This document shows positions 12,960 to 23,365 of a DNA stretch of 64,000 bases, one piece after another. The DNA is taken from positions 6,809-70,808 of the forward strand of contig CAWBRP010000008.1 in NCBI GenBank assembly GCA_963791275.1, written 5' to 3'. A program made the translations under genes and the position numbers. The DNA is from an uncultured Actinomycetota bacterium. GTDB taxonomy: Bacteria > Actinomycetota > Actinomycetes > Propionibacteriales > Nocardioidaceae. Numbering within the stretch: the first letter of the stretch is position 1; each line of letters starts with the position of its first letter. A model generated the notes under the pieces. It worked only from the letters and a program-made list of their open reading frames with translations, was not told where the DNA came from and searched no databases.

Positions 12960-13652
12960 TCAGGGAGCCTCGATCAGCTTCTCCCGGACGGCGTACATGA
13001 CCGCCTCCATCCGGGAGTGCAGCTGGAGCTTCTCCAAGATGTTGCGCACGTGGTTCTTGACCGTGTTCTCGCTGATGTAGAGCTGCTTGGAGATCTCGCG
13101 GTTGTTCATGCCCGTGGCCACGAACCTCAGCACCTGGAGCTCGCGGTCGGTGAGCCGCAGCCCGGGGACCTGCTCGCGCTCGGGGCGGGCGAGCTGCTTG
13201 AACTCGTCGATCAGCTTGGCCGCCATGGACGGCGAGATCAGGGACTGACCGTCGGCGACGACCCGGACCGCCTGGGCGACCTCGTCGATGGAGGAGTCCT
13301 TGAGCAGGTAGCCGGACGCGCCGCTCTTGACGGCCTCGTAGAGGTCGGCCTCCTCGTCGGAGACGGTGAGCATGAGGATCTTCGCGGAGGGCACCGCCTG
13401 CTTGATATCGATGCAGGCCTCGATGCCCGAGCGGCGGGGCATCCGGACGTCGAGCAGCACGACGTCGGGGGCCGTCGACTCCGCCAGCGCGGCGCCCTCG
13501 AGCCCGTCACCGGCCTCGCCCACGACCTCGATGCCCGGCTCCGCGGTCAGCAGCATCGTGATGCCTCGTCGGAACAGCTCCTGGTCATCCACGACGAGCA
13601 CCCGGATCGGCTCGGCCTCGCTCGTCCCACCATCCGTCACACGGCGCATCAT
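12960..13652 (-). CDS. orphan NarL/LuxR-family response regulator (syntenic with Streptomyces SCO3008/OrrA)
   Basis: Receiver VVDDQ...LLDVRMP...GYLLKD plus LuxR HTH LTDRE..ISENTVKNHVRNILEKL; no adjacent cognate kinase. Confidence 0.92.
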   Translation of the reverse strand: MMRRVTDGGTSEAEPIRVLVVDDQELFRRGITMLLTAEPGIEVVGEAGDGLEGAALAESTAPDVVLLDVRMPRRSGIEACIDIKQAVPSAKILMLTVSDEEADLYEAVKSGASGYLLKDSSIDEVAQAVRVVADGQSLISPSMAAKLIDEFKQLARPEREQVPGLRLTDRELQVLRFVATGMNNREISKQLYISENTVKNHVRNILEKLQLHSRMEAVMYAVREKLIEAP

Positions 13653-13662
13653 GGCACGCGCA

Positions 13663-13735
13663 TGACCCGTTCGGGTGGTGTTTCACCGCGTTGGCCTGAC
13701 CCGTACGGACCAGGCGTGCTGACCCGAACGGGCCA
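13663..13735. repeat. three copies of a 16-bp imperfect palindrome TGACCCGnnCGGRYSR
   Basis: TGACCCGTTCGGGTGG 13663-13678, TGACCCGTACGGACCA 13697-13712, TGACCCGAACGGGCCA 13720-13735. Confidence 0.6.
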
Positions 13736-13751
13736 GGGGGCCTCGGGAGCC

Positions 13752-14390
13752 CTAGGCGCCGGCCATGTCCAGTGAGATCACGCCGTAGTCGTAGCCGCGT
13801 CGGCGGTAGACGACCGAGGGCTTCTCGCTCTCCTTGTCGACGAAGAGGTAGAAGTCGTGGCCGACCAGCTCCATCTCGTAGAGCGCCTGGTCGAGGGTCA
13901 TCCGGGCGGCGGGGTGGGTCTTCTCGCGCACCACCAGCGGGCCCTCTCCGGTGACCGTGATCGGACCGACCTGGCGGGTCGAGACCTCGGTGCCGTCGCC
14001 CTCGGCGACGACCTGCAGGGCGGCCCCGTTCTGCTCGGCGAGCGCGGCGAGCTCGGCGGCGGTCTCCGCCTTGGTGCCCCGGGCCCGGTGTCCGTGGCGC
14101 CGGTCCGCGGCCCGGCGCATCTGCGCGGCCATCTTGTCCACGGCGAGGTCCAGGGCCCCCATCTTGTCGTCGGCGGCGGCCTCGGCCCGGATGACCGGGC
14201 CCTTGGAGAAGGCGGTGAGCTCGACGCGGACGGCGCGGTCTGACTGGCGGGGGTTTGCTTCCTTGTCGACCTCGACCTGCACGCGGATGATCCGATGATC
14301 ATGCTTCTCGAGCCTCGCGAGCTTGTCGGTGACGTGGCTTCGGAACCGGTCCGAGACCTCGCAGTGCCTGCCTGTGACCACAACGTCCAT
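13752..14390 (-). CDS. hpf: ribosome hibernation promoting factor (long HPF / RaiA, S30AE)
   Basis: MDVVVTGRH..VSDRFR, GPVIRAEA, C-terminal VREKTH..MTLDQALYEMELVGHDFYLF...VVYRRRGYDYGVI; SD GAAGGAG. Confidence 0.95.
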   Translation of the reverse strand: MDVVVTGRHCEVSDRFRSHVTDKLARLEKHDHRIIRVQVEVDKEANPRQSDRAVRVELTAFSKGPVIRAEAAADDKMGALDLAVDKMAAQMRRAADRRHGHRARGTKAETAAELAALAEQNGAALQVVAEGDGTEVSTRQVGPITVTGEGPLVVREKTHPAARMTLDQALYEMELVGHDFYLFVDKESEKPSVVYRRRGYDYGVISLDMAGA

Positions 14391-14475
14391 GTGCATCTCC
14401 TTCAAGCTCGGTGGAACTACGCCGATCGTCTGCCCAGCCGCTCGCGCGGAGTGCTCCTCTCGACGTCGCACGAGG

Positions 14476-14755
14476 ATGGAGCCCGCCCGGCCGACCTGGT
14501 CTTCGTCCCCACAGTCGCCTGCTGAGGCTCTCGCGGCTTGGCTGCCACTACTGACCTTCTCCCACCCGTCGCCGTGTCTGACGGCGGGGGCGAGGCAGGA
14601 CTTACATCTAAGCCGCACCGTGATCGACCACCGCGCGAGGCGGAGGTCTTACGTGGGCCGTTTTGCCTGCGACTGGCATCGGCTTGCCGGCGGGTGCACG
14701 GGAACGAGCCCCGCGCTGCCCGGACGGCGCAACCACGGACCCGGGCGGACTCCAT
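14476..14755 (-). ncRNA. raiA motif RNA (large structured ncRNA)
   Basis: 15-bp closing stem ATGGAGTCCGCCCGG / CCGGGCGGGCTCCAT; conserved blocks GTGGTTG, AAGCCGATGCCAGTCGCAGGCAAAACG-CCACGTAAG, GGTGCGGCTTAGATGTAAGTCCTGCC, AGTAGTG, CAGCAGGCGACTGTGGGGACGAAGACCAGGTC; lies between comF and hpf. Confidence 0.93.
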
Positions 14756-14761
14756 GCACCG

Positions 14762-14767
14762 ACGCTA
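14762..14767 (-). promoter_or_regulatory. putative -10 element (TAGCGT) for the raiA RNA/hpf transcript
   Basis: TANNNT hexamer overlapping the comF stop codon, 6 nt before the 5' end of the P1 stem. Confidence 0.55.
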
Positions 14768-15499
14768 GTCGCTCATCGGGTCGGATGAAAGGCGAAGTCG
14801 GGAAGTGTCCAGGCGACGGGTGGCGGCGACCGTGGCGATCCCGGTCACCCGCAGGCCCACCACCTCGAGCGCGCGCTGGGCCTCGCGCGCCGTCGCGCCC
14901 GTGGTGAGCACGTCGTCGCAGACCACGGTCCGTACCGCGGGACGCCACGCCCGGAGCCGGCGCAGGCCCGGGGTCGGGCAGTGCAGCGAGCCGGCGAGGT
15001 TGGCGAACCGGTCGGCCGCGCCGAGACCGCTCTGGTCGGCCACCGGGCCGCGGGTCACCAACAGCGGGACGACCGCGGCGTCGTGCCCCGCGCGCCGGAG
15101 GTCGCGCACCGCCCGCCGGGTCATGGCGTACGTCGCGTCGTAGCCGCGGGCGCGCACCGTCGCCGGCCGGGAGGGCACCGGCACGAGCGCGACCGGACCG
15201 CCGGCGGAACCGACGGCCGCCGCCACCGCCCCGGCCAGCAGAGAGCCCAGGGGCGCCCGGAGGGACAGCAACCGGCGCTCCTTGTGGCCCACCACCAGGT
15301 CGCGGAGCAGCCCGGCGTACTCCCCCGCCGTCCAGGGCGGCTCGAGCCCGGCCGGCACCGGCGTGGGCCACGCGGGGCGGGCCTCGAGGTCGAGCGTGGC
15401 CCGGCAGTCGGGGCACACCAGCCGGCCGGGCCGCGCACAGCCCAGGCACGTGGAGCCGACCACGAGATCGGCGAGGAGGTCGGGCAGTCGGGGCAGCAC
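14765..15499 (-). CDS. comF: ComF family protein (double zinc ribbon plus PRTase)
   Basis: CLGC..LVCPDC, HKER, LVPVPS..RARGYD, DQSGL..R..NL, VCDDVLTTGAT. Confidence 0.9.
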   Translation of the reverse strand: MLPRLPDLLADLVVGSTCLGCARPGRLVCPDCRATLDLEARPAWPTPVPAGLEPPWTAGEYAGLLRDLVVGHKERRLLSLRAPLGSLLAGAVAAAVGSAGGPVALVPVPSRPATVRARGYDATYAMTRRAVRDLRRAGHDAAVVPLLVTRGPVADQSGLGAADRFANLAGSLHCPTPGLRRLRAWRPAVRTVVCDDVLTTGATAREAQRALEVVGLRVTGIATVAATRRLDTSRLRLSSDPMSD

Positions 15500-15556
15500 C
15501 CGCTCACGGCAGCACACCCCACCGCGCGGCTCAACCTCGCGCGGAGCACCTGTGGA

Positions 15557-17302
15557 TCAGCCCGTGTAGGTGAAGGTCGAGAGGTCGACGTCGGAGGACA
15601 CGGTGTTGCGCGCCGTCTCGGACAGGTCGGTGAAGGACTGCGGCGTCACGGCGAACAGGTCGACACCGGGCTCGGGGTTGCCGGCCAGCCACCGGTAGTC
15701 GCCGGCCAGCGTCGGGGACGCCACGCTGAGCGTGCCAGGCGACCCGTCCACGGCGATCGACCTGACCTGCACCAGGTCGCGGATCGGGTACAGCACGGCG
15801 ACGGAGGTGGTGGTCTGCCAGGCGATGTCGAGGATCCGCGGCCGCTCCTGCGTCGGCCAGGGCAGCTGCTCGGCGGCGGTGAGGGCGAGAACCGCGCCCG
15901 CGTCGTCGTGCTGCACCCGGCTGACGACCAGGACGTCGCCACGCGGGCGGCGCAGCACGGCCAGGAAGCGCGACCCGTCGCGCGACACGAGGAACCGGCG
16001 TACCCGCTCGCCGGTGACGCCGGGGACGTCCACCTCCCGGGCACCCTCCTTGCCCACGATGCTGACCCGCGCGCCCTGGGAGGTGCGGTCGACCAGCCAC
16101 ATCCGGTCGGCGAAGTCCCACGCGGGTGCCAGCAGGTCGGTCGCGTCACCGATCGTCTCGACCACGGAGCCGTCGACGTCGTAGGTCGGTCCCACGAGAA
16201 TCGAGGTGCCCTTGCCGGACACGCCCGCGACCTGCGTGGAGTCCAGGCTCAGCCCGATCGCGGTCATGCCGTAGTCGCGCTGACCCACGAGCCCGTCGAC
16301 CGGCACCATGGCGTCCGCCGCTCCCCCGACGACGCGACCGTCCCGCAGGGCGAACATCGAGGTGCTGGAGGAGAAGTCCGCCGGGTCGTACTCCGCACCC
16401 TTGTCGACCCGGATCTCGCGAGAGAGGCCCGGCAGCGACTCACCGTCGGCGGTGAGCCGGATCGACCGGATGGTGGGGTCCTGCCGCAGGGTCCAGGCCA
16501 GCTGGACGGCCGCCAGGTCGGACTCCTGCGGGGACATCCCGGAGGCGTCGCCCTGGAGCGCGACGTCGGCCTGGCCCTCGTCGTCGACGGTGACGGACAG
16601 CTCCACGGCCAGCTGTGGCGGGAAGAAGTTCTTCGACACCAGGTCCTGGTCCGGCCCCGGTCCGGAGAGCAGGCTCTGGGTCAGGGCCGTCGCGAACTGC
16701 TCGCCCCGGGGCACCAGCACCGGCTCCGGCACCAAGATGCTCCCGGTGGGGTCCACGTAGTAGACGTTCACCTGCTCGAAGTGGTCGTCGGTCCAGGTAC
16801 GCGGCACGATCAGCGCGTTGGGCACGCTGTCGATGCGCCACTCGCCGTCCTCGAACTCCATCCGGAACTGCAGCGTGCGCTCGTCTCCGGGCAGGGCGCC
16901 CGCGAACACCCCGCGCGAGTCGTAGGTGTAGGCGTCGGCCAGGACCACCTGTACCCGGCCGGGGACGGAGCTCTGCGGGCGCGGGCGCGAGGCCTCGTCG
17001 TAGACGTAGGTGCGCTGGTCGGGGTCCCACGACTCGCCGGCCGACGCGGTCAGGAACTGGCGGGCCACGTGGTTCTGCACCGGCGTGGCGGTCATCGCCT
17101 CGAGGAAGTGCTGGACGATGTCGGTCGGCGACTCGCCCGCCCGGGGACCGTTGGGCCGGTAGCAGCAGGCGTCCTCGTCGGCGGCCGAGCCGTCGATGGC
17201 GGCGTCGTGGACCGGGCCGCTCTCCGGCAGCGACAGGCAGCCGGTGAGGAACGTGGCGGCGAGCACGGTCCAGCCGGCGAGCAGGGCGCGTCGTCGTCTC
17301 AC
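15557..17302 (-). CDS. lpqB: lipoprotein LpqB (GerMN plus beta-propeller)
   Basis: GTGA overlap with mtrB, lipobox LTGC, PESGPV, GEWRI..P, VSRDGSR. Confidence 0.9.
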   Translation of the reverse strand: MRRRRALLAGWTVLAATFLTGCLSLPESGPVHDAAIDGSAADEDACCYRPNGPRAGESPTDIVQHFLEAMTATPVQNHVARQFLTASAGESWDPDQRTYVYDEASRPRPQSSVPGRVQVVLADAYTYDSRGVFAGALPGDERTLQFRMEFEDGEWRIDSVPNALIVPRTWTDDHFEQVNVYYVDPTGSILVPEPVLVPRGEQFATALTQSLLSGPGPDQDLVSKNFFPPQLAVELSVTVDDEGQADVALQGDASGMSPQESDLAAVQLAWTLRQDPTIRSIRLTADGESLPGLSREIRVDKGAEYDPADFSSSTSMFALRDGRVVGGAADAMVPVDGLVGQRDYGMTAIGLSLDSTQVAGVSGKGTSILVGPTYDVDGSVVETIGDATDLLAPAWDFADRMWLVDRTSQGARVSIVGKEGAREVDVPGVTGERVRRFLVSRDGSRFLAVLRRPRGDVLVVSRVQHDDAGAVLALTAAEQLPWPTQERPRILDIAWQTTTSVAVLYPIRDLVQVRSIAVDGSPGTLSVASPTLAGDYRWLAGNPEPGVDLFAVTPQSFTDLSETARNTVSSDVDLSTFTYTG

Positions 17303-18897
17303 ACCATCTCCTGCGAGTCCTCGGGGACCAACGGGATCGGGCTCTGCCGCAGCGTGGCCCCGGCCCGGCGCGGCAGCGTCAGCCGGAACTGCGCACCCTC
17401 CCCGGGTCGTCCCCAGGCCTGGAGCCACCCGCCGTGCAGGTGGGTGTCCTCCAGCGAGATCGAGAGCCCGAGCCCGGTGCCGCCGCTGGTGCGGGCGCGG
17501 GCCGGGTCGGCACGCCAGAAGCGGTTGAAGACCATCGCGGACTCCCCCGACGCCAGCCCCACGCCGTAGTCGCGGACGGCGATCGCCGCGGCGTTCTCGT
17601 CCCCCTCGACGCGCACCACGACGTCGCGCGACTCGGCATGGTCGATCGCGTTCGTGACCAGGTTGCGCACGATGCGCTCGACGCGGCGGACGTCGGCTTC
17701 CGCCAGGCACGGGTGCCCGGGCGCGCGCACCAGCACGGCGACGCCGCGCTGGTCGGCCAGGGCGCGAGTCACGTCGATGACCCGGTGCGCCACGTCGACG
17801 AGGTTGACGTCGTCGACGTCGAGATGCGCGGCGCCGGCGTCGAACCGGCTGATCTCCAGCAGGTCGGCGAGCAGCGTCTCGAAGCGGTCCAGCTCCTTCT
17901 GGAGCAGCTCCGCGGCGCGCGCGGTGGCCGGGTCGAAGTCCTGCCGCGCGTCGTGCAGCACGTCGCCGGCCATCCGCACCGTGGTCAGGGGCGTGCGCAG
18001 CTCGTGGGACACGTCGGAGACGAACCGTCGCTGCACGCGGCTCAGCTCCTCGAGCTGCCGGATCTGCTTCTGCAGGCTGGAGGCCATCTGGTTGAACGAC
18101 ATGGCCAGACGGGCCAGGTCGTCCTCGCCGGTGACGCGGACGCGTTCTTGGAGCTCCCCGGCGGCCAGCCGCTCGGCGACCCGCCGGGCCAGCCGGATCG
18201 GGGTCACCACCTGGCGGGTCACCACCCAGGTGATCCCGGCAACCAGCACCAGCAGCAGCACTGCGGCGGTGAGCAGCGCCCGGGTCACCAGGGAGATGGT
18301 CTCGGAGTCCTCGTCGAGGGAGAAGAGGTAGTACAGCGTGTAGAGCTCGCCGTTGGCGGGGAGCCGGATCTGGGAGCCGACGACGATCCCGGGGCCGGCA
18401 TGGGCAACGCCCTCCTCGTCGACCACCCGCACCCGGCTGTAGGTCCAGGCCGGGTCGGCGGCGGCGGCGAAGTGGTCCTCCAGCGACGCGGGCACGCTGC
18501 TGAGGTCGAGGCCCGGGGTCGTCCGGCTGCCGCCGGTGGTCAGCGGCGTGCCGGAGCCGGCCGGACCGGCCAGCACCACCTCGAAGCCGCGCGCGGCGCC
18601 CCGCTCCTTGATCGGGTCGAAGAGGTCGGTGAGCTGGGTGTTCTCGTCGGTGTCGAGGCCGGGGACCTGCGTGAGCCGGGTGCTGGCGGCGGCCGTCTCG
18701 TTGGCGGCCTCCGCGACGACCGCGTCGACGCGGTGCTGCAGCAGGCCGTCCTGGGTCTGCCGGATGAGCAGCCAGCCGACGGCCGCGATCACGACGGCGG
18801 AGAGCAGCACGGTGCTGACGACGACCCGGGCCTGGATCGAGCGACGCCAAAACGTGAGAGCGCGGCGTACGGCGCCGGACCGGGTGGCTTGTGCCAT
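17299..18897 (-). CDS. mtrB: sensor histidine kinase MtrB
   Basis: WRRSIQARVV, HAMP, QRRFVSDVSHELRTPLTT, RRVERIVRNL, FWRADPARARTSGGTGLGL. Confidence 0.96.
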   Translation of the reverse strand: MAQATRSGAVRRALTFWRRSIQARVVVSTVLLSAVVIAAVGWLLIRQTQDGLLQHRVDAVVAEAANETAAASTRLTQVPGLDTDENTQLTDLFDPIKERGAARGFEVVLAGPAGSGTPLTTGGSRTTPGLDLSSVPASLEDHFAAAADPAWTYSRVRVVDEEGVAHAGPGIVVGSQIRLPANGELYTLYYLFSLDEDSETISLVTRALLTAAVLLLVLVAGITWVVTRQVVTPIRLARRVAERLAAGELQERVRVTGEDDLARLAMSFNQMASSLQKQIRQLEELSRVQRRFVSDVSHELRTPLTTVRMAGDVLHDARQDFDPATARAAELLQKELDRFETLLADLLEISRFDAGAAHLDVDDVNLVDVAHRVIDVTRALADQRGVAVLVRAPGHPCLAEADVRRVERIVRNLVTNAIDHAESRDVVVRVEGDENAAAIAVRDYGVGLASGESAMVFNRFWRADPARARTSGGTGLGLSISLEDTHLHGGWLQAWGRPGEGAQFRLTLPRRAGATLRQSPIPLVPEDSQEMV

Positions 18898-18904
18898 GGA
18901 GGGC

Positions 18905-19600
18905 CTAGGCGACGCCGGCCTTGTAGCCCACCCCGCGCACCGTCACGATGATCTCGGGGTTCTCGGGGTCGTGCTCGACCTTGGAGCGGAGACGCTGGAC
19001 GTGCACGTTGACCAGCCGGGTGTCCGCGGAGTGCCGGTAGCCCCAGACCTGCTCGAGGAGCACCTCGCGGGTGAACACCTGCCACGGCTTGCGGGCCAGG
19101 CAGTGGAGCAGGTCGAACTCCAGCGGCGTGAGGTTGACGGGGGTGCCGTCGCGGGTCACGGAGTGGCCGGCGACGTCGATGCTCAGGTCGCCGATGGTCA
19201 GCGCCTCGTGCGACGGCGCGTCGAGGCGGCGGACCCGCGCGCGGATCCGGGCGACGAGCTCCTTGGGCTTGAACGGCTTGACGACGTAGTCGTCGGCCCC
19301 CGACTCGAGCCCGACCACCACGTCGACGGTGTCGCTCTTGGCGGTGAGCATCACGATCGGGACGCCGGACTCCTCGCGGATCTCCTTGCAGACGTCGATG
19401 CCGTCCTTGCCGGGCAGCATCAGGTCGAGCAGCACCAGGTCCGGACGGAAGTCGCGGAACGCCTCCATGGCCTCGTCGCCGCGCCCACAGACGCGCGACT
19501 CGAAGCCCTCCTGCCGGAGGACGATGGTGAGCATCTCCGCGAGGGACGCGTCGTCGTCGACGACGAGGACGCGTCCCTTCTGCGCCAGATCAGCGGTCAT
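18905..19600 (-). CDS. mtrA: response regulator MtrA
   Basis: VVDDDASLAEML, LTAKSDTVDVVVGLESGADDY, WGYRHSADTRLVNVHVQRLRSKVE. Confidence 0.97.
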   Translation of the reverse strand: MTADLAQKGRVLVVDDDASLAEMLTIVLRQEGFESRVCGRGDEAMEAFRDFRPDLVLLDLMLPGKDGIDVCKEIREESGVPIVMLTAKSDTVDVVVGLESGADDYVVKPFKPKELVARIRARVRRLDAPSHEALTIGDLSIDVAGHSVTRDGTPVNLTPLEFDLLHCLARKPWQVFTREVLLEQVWGYRHSADTRLVNVHVQRLRSKVEHDPENPEIIVTVRGVGYKAGVA

Positions 19601-19615
19601 GCCCGCAAGTGTGCC

Positions 19616-21046
<1,431 letters not shown>

Positions 21047-21144
21047 GAACGTGTCCTCGAGTGGTCCGGAGCCCGCCGCGGCGGCTGCCGCGTCTGACGT
21101 CCAGATTACGACGCGTCCCGGTCGGTCGAAGAATCCTCGAGGGC

Positions 21145-22125
21145 TCAGTGACCGGCGGGTGGTGGAGGCTCCGGACGCGCGTCCGGCTGGTGGTCGGCGC
21201 GGTAGATGTCGGGCTCGAGGAAGATGACCTGGGCGATGGGCTCGGCCGCGCGGACGGCGCGCTCCGCCTCGTCGATCGCCCCCGCGACGTCGGCCGCGCT
21301 CGCGCCCTCGGGGACGCTGACCTTGGCGGCGACCAGGAGCTCCTCCGGGCCGAGGTGCAACGTCTTCAGGTGGATGATCCGCTCGAACCCGGAGGTGCCC
21401 TCGAGGGCGGCGCGGATCCGCTCCTCGGCGTCGGGGCTGGCGGACTCGCCGAGCAGCAGGCTCTTGGTCTCGATGGCCAGGGCGACGGCGACGACCACGA
21501 GCAGGAGGCCGATCATCGTGGTGCCGGCGACGTCCCAGTACAGGTTGCCGGTGATGAGCATCAGGCTCACCGCGACGAACGCGAAGGCGAGACCGAGCAG
21601 GGCCGCGAGGTCCTCGAGCAGGATCACCGGCAGCTCGGGCTGCTTGGCCCGGCGGACGAACCGGAAGTACGACGCGTCGCCGCGGACCTTGTTCGTCTCG
21701 ATGACCGCGGTCCGGAAGGACCAGGTCTCCAGCACCATCGACAGGGCGAGCACGACGAGGGGGACGTACTTCACCCAGCCCTCGCTGATCTCCGCGTGAC
21801 CCGTCTGGATCTCGTGGAACTTGTGGTACGCCTCGTAGAGCGCGAAGAGTCCCCCGACGCTGAACAGCACGATCGACACGATGAACGCGTAGATGTAGCG
21901 CTCCCGTCCGAAGCCGAAGGGGTGCTCCGGCGTGGCCTCCCGCCGGCTGCGCTTCCCGCCGATCAGCAGGAGCACCTGGTTGCAGGCGTCGGCCACCGAG
22001 TGGATCGCCTCGGCCAGCATCGAGCTCACCCCGGTGAGCGCGAACGCGAGGAACTTGGTGATCGCGATGCCGGTGTTCGCCAGCAGCGCGGCAACCACCG
22101 CCTTGGTTCCTCCGTCAGCAGCCAT
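21145..22125 (-). CDS. cation diffusion facilitator family transporter
   Basis: [33 protein letters not shown]. Confidence 0.92.
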   Translation of the reverse strand: MAADGGTKAVVAALLANTGIAITKFLAFALTGVSSMLAEAIHSVADACNQVLLLIGGKRSRREATPEHPFGFGRERYIYAFIVSIVLFSVGGLFALYEAYHKFHEIQTGHAEISEGWVKYVPLVVLALSMVLETWSFRTAVIETNKVRGDASYFRFVRRAKQPELPVILLEDLAALLGLAFAFVAVSLMLITGNLYWDVAGTTMIGLLLVVVAVALAIETKSLLLGESASPDAEERIRAALEGTSGFERIIHLKTLHLGPEELLVAAKVSVPEGASAADVAGAIDEAERAVRAAEPIAQVIFLEPDIYRADHQPDARPEPPPPAGH

Positions 22126-22136
22126 GCGCGGAAGGC

Positions 22137-23196
22137 TAGCGTCCCCGGACGCCGGAGCGACCAGTCGGTGACCAGCCCGATGCGGAGGTACTCCGCGGCG
22201 TAGGTGCCGCTGAGCAGCAGCGAGGCGTAGCGCGCCAGCTCGGTGTCGTCGCCGTCGGCGGCGATCGTCTCGATCCGCACGCCACGCTCGGCCGCGGTCG
22301 CCTGCAGGCGCCCGCGCTGCTCGCGGCTCACCGGGTCGCCGGCCCCGTCGTCGAGGACCAGCAGCATCGGGCGTCGCTCCGGCGGATCGTCGGAGAACGG
22401 GTCGTCGAAGACGTCGCGTCGCGGCGTCGCCTCGAGAACCGGGAGCAGCTGCTCGACGTCACCGGCAAGCGCACCCCGACCGCTCGCGCGCCGGATCGAC
22501 TCCGCGACGCGCCGGGCAGCGCGGGCGGCGAGCACCGAACCGCCCCAGACGACCGGCGTGGTGTCGGCGAGGGCGATCGCCGTCATCTTGGCCGGGTTGA
22601 CCGCGAGGTCGCGCAGCGGCGAGGACTCGGTCGCCACGGCGTCCAGGCAGCTCGCGACCTGCTCGACGTCGGTGCGTGGCCCCAGGTCGACCTGGTCGAG
22701 GTAGTCCAGCATCACCACGGCCGTGGCCAGCTGGTCACCGGTCACCGTCGGCAGCACGGTCGCCCAGCGGCCGACGGCGTGGTCGGCGACCAGCGAGCGC
22801 GCCGGGCAGGCCACGACGAGCTGGCAGCCACGTCGGACGGCCTCGGCGACCGCGGAGGCGGCCCCGGTGTCGGCGCCGACGGGGGCGAGCACGACGACCA
22901 GGTCCATGCTGCCTGCCCAGCCCGGCAGCGCCGGGCCCGGCCACGCCACGAACGGGACCGGGCACCATGGTTCCAGGACGGCGCGCAGCAGCCGGGAGTC
23001 GGGACCGGCCGCCGAGCACGGCACGCGGCCGCACCCCTTCACGGCTGCGGGCGATCGCCTCCGCCGTCGCGGACGCGGCGTCCCCGGCCTCGCGGCGGAC
23101 CCGAGCACCCGACTCGGCGAGCCGGCGCAGCACCTGGTCGGCGCCGGCCAGTGCTCGCTCGTCGTCGAGCCGCGACTCGTCGAACCAGGTCGGCAT
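22137..23196 (-). CDS. SIS-domain protein (phosphoglucose/phosphomannose isomerase-like, TobH-like); frameshift ~23015, 3' end uncertain
   Basis: LRRLAESGARVR, LPGWAGSMDLVVV, NPAK..A..LA...PVVWG, ARYASL; position after Trm112/manB. Confidence 0.75.
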
Positions 23197-23200
23197 CGGC

Positions 23201-23365
23201 TCAGCCCGGCCTGCGGGCCTCGTCGACCAGGAGCACCGGGATGTCGTCTCGGACGGGGTACACCAGGCCGCAGCCCGTGCACGCCAGCTCCTCGTCCTGG
23301 GGACGCAGCTCCGCGTGGCACGCGGGGCAACGGATGACGTCGAGGAGACGCGGGTCGAGGTTCAT
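23201..23365 (-). CDS. Trm112/YcaR family small protein (54 aa, absent from the ORF track)
   Basis: Translated by hand: MNLDPRLLDVIRCPACHAELRPQDEELACTGCGLVYPVRDDIPVLLVDEARRPG; ATGA overlap with manB. Confidence 0.9.
   Translation of the reverse strand: MNLDPRLLDVIRCPACHAELRPQDEELACTGCGLVYPVRDDIPVLLVDEARRPG

Noticed and set aside
13752-14618. 75-aa N-terminal extension of HPF
   Set aside because: It is a translation of the raiA RNA; the real start is at 14390/14396 with SD GAAGGAG
21047-21144. SAH or SAM riboswitch upstream of ahcY
   Set aside because: No GAGGAGCG...CCAGGCTC...CGCTC core visible; short leader after a TAATCT -10
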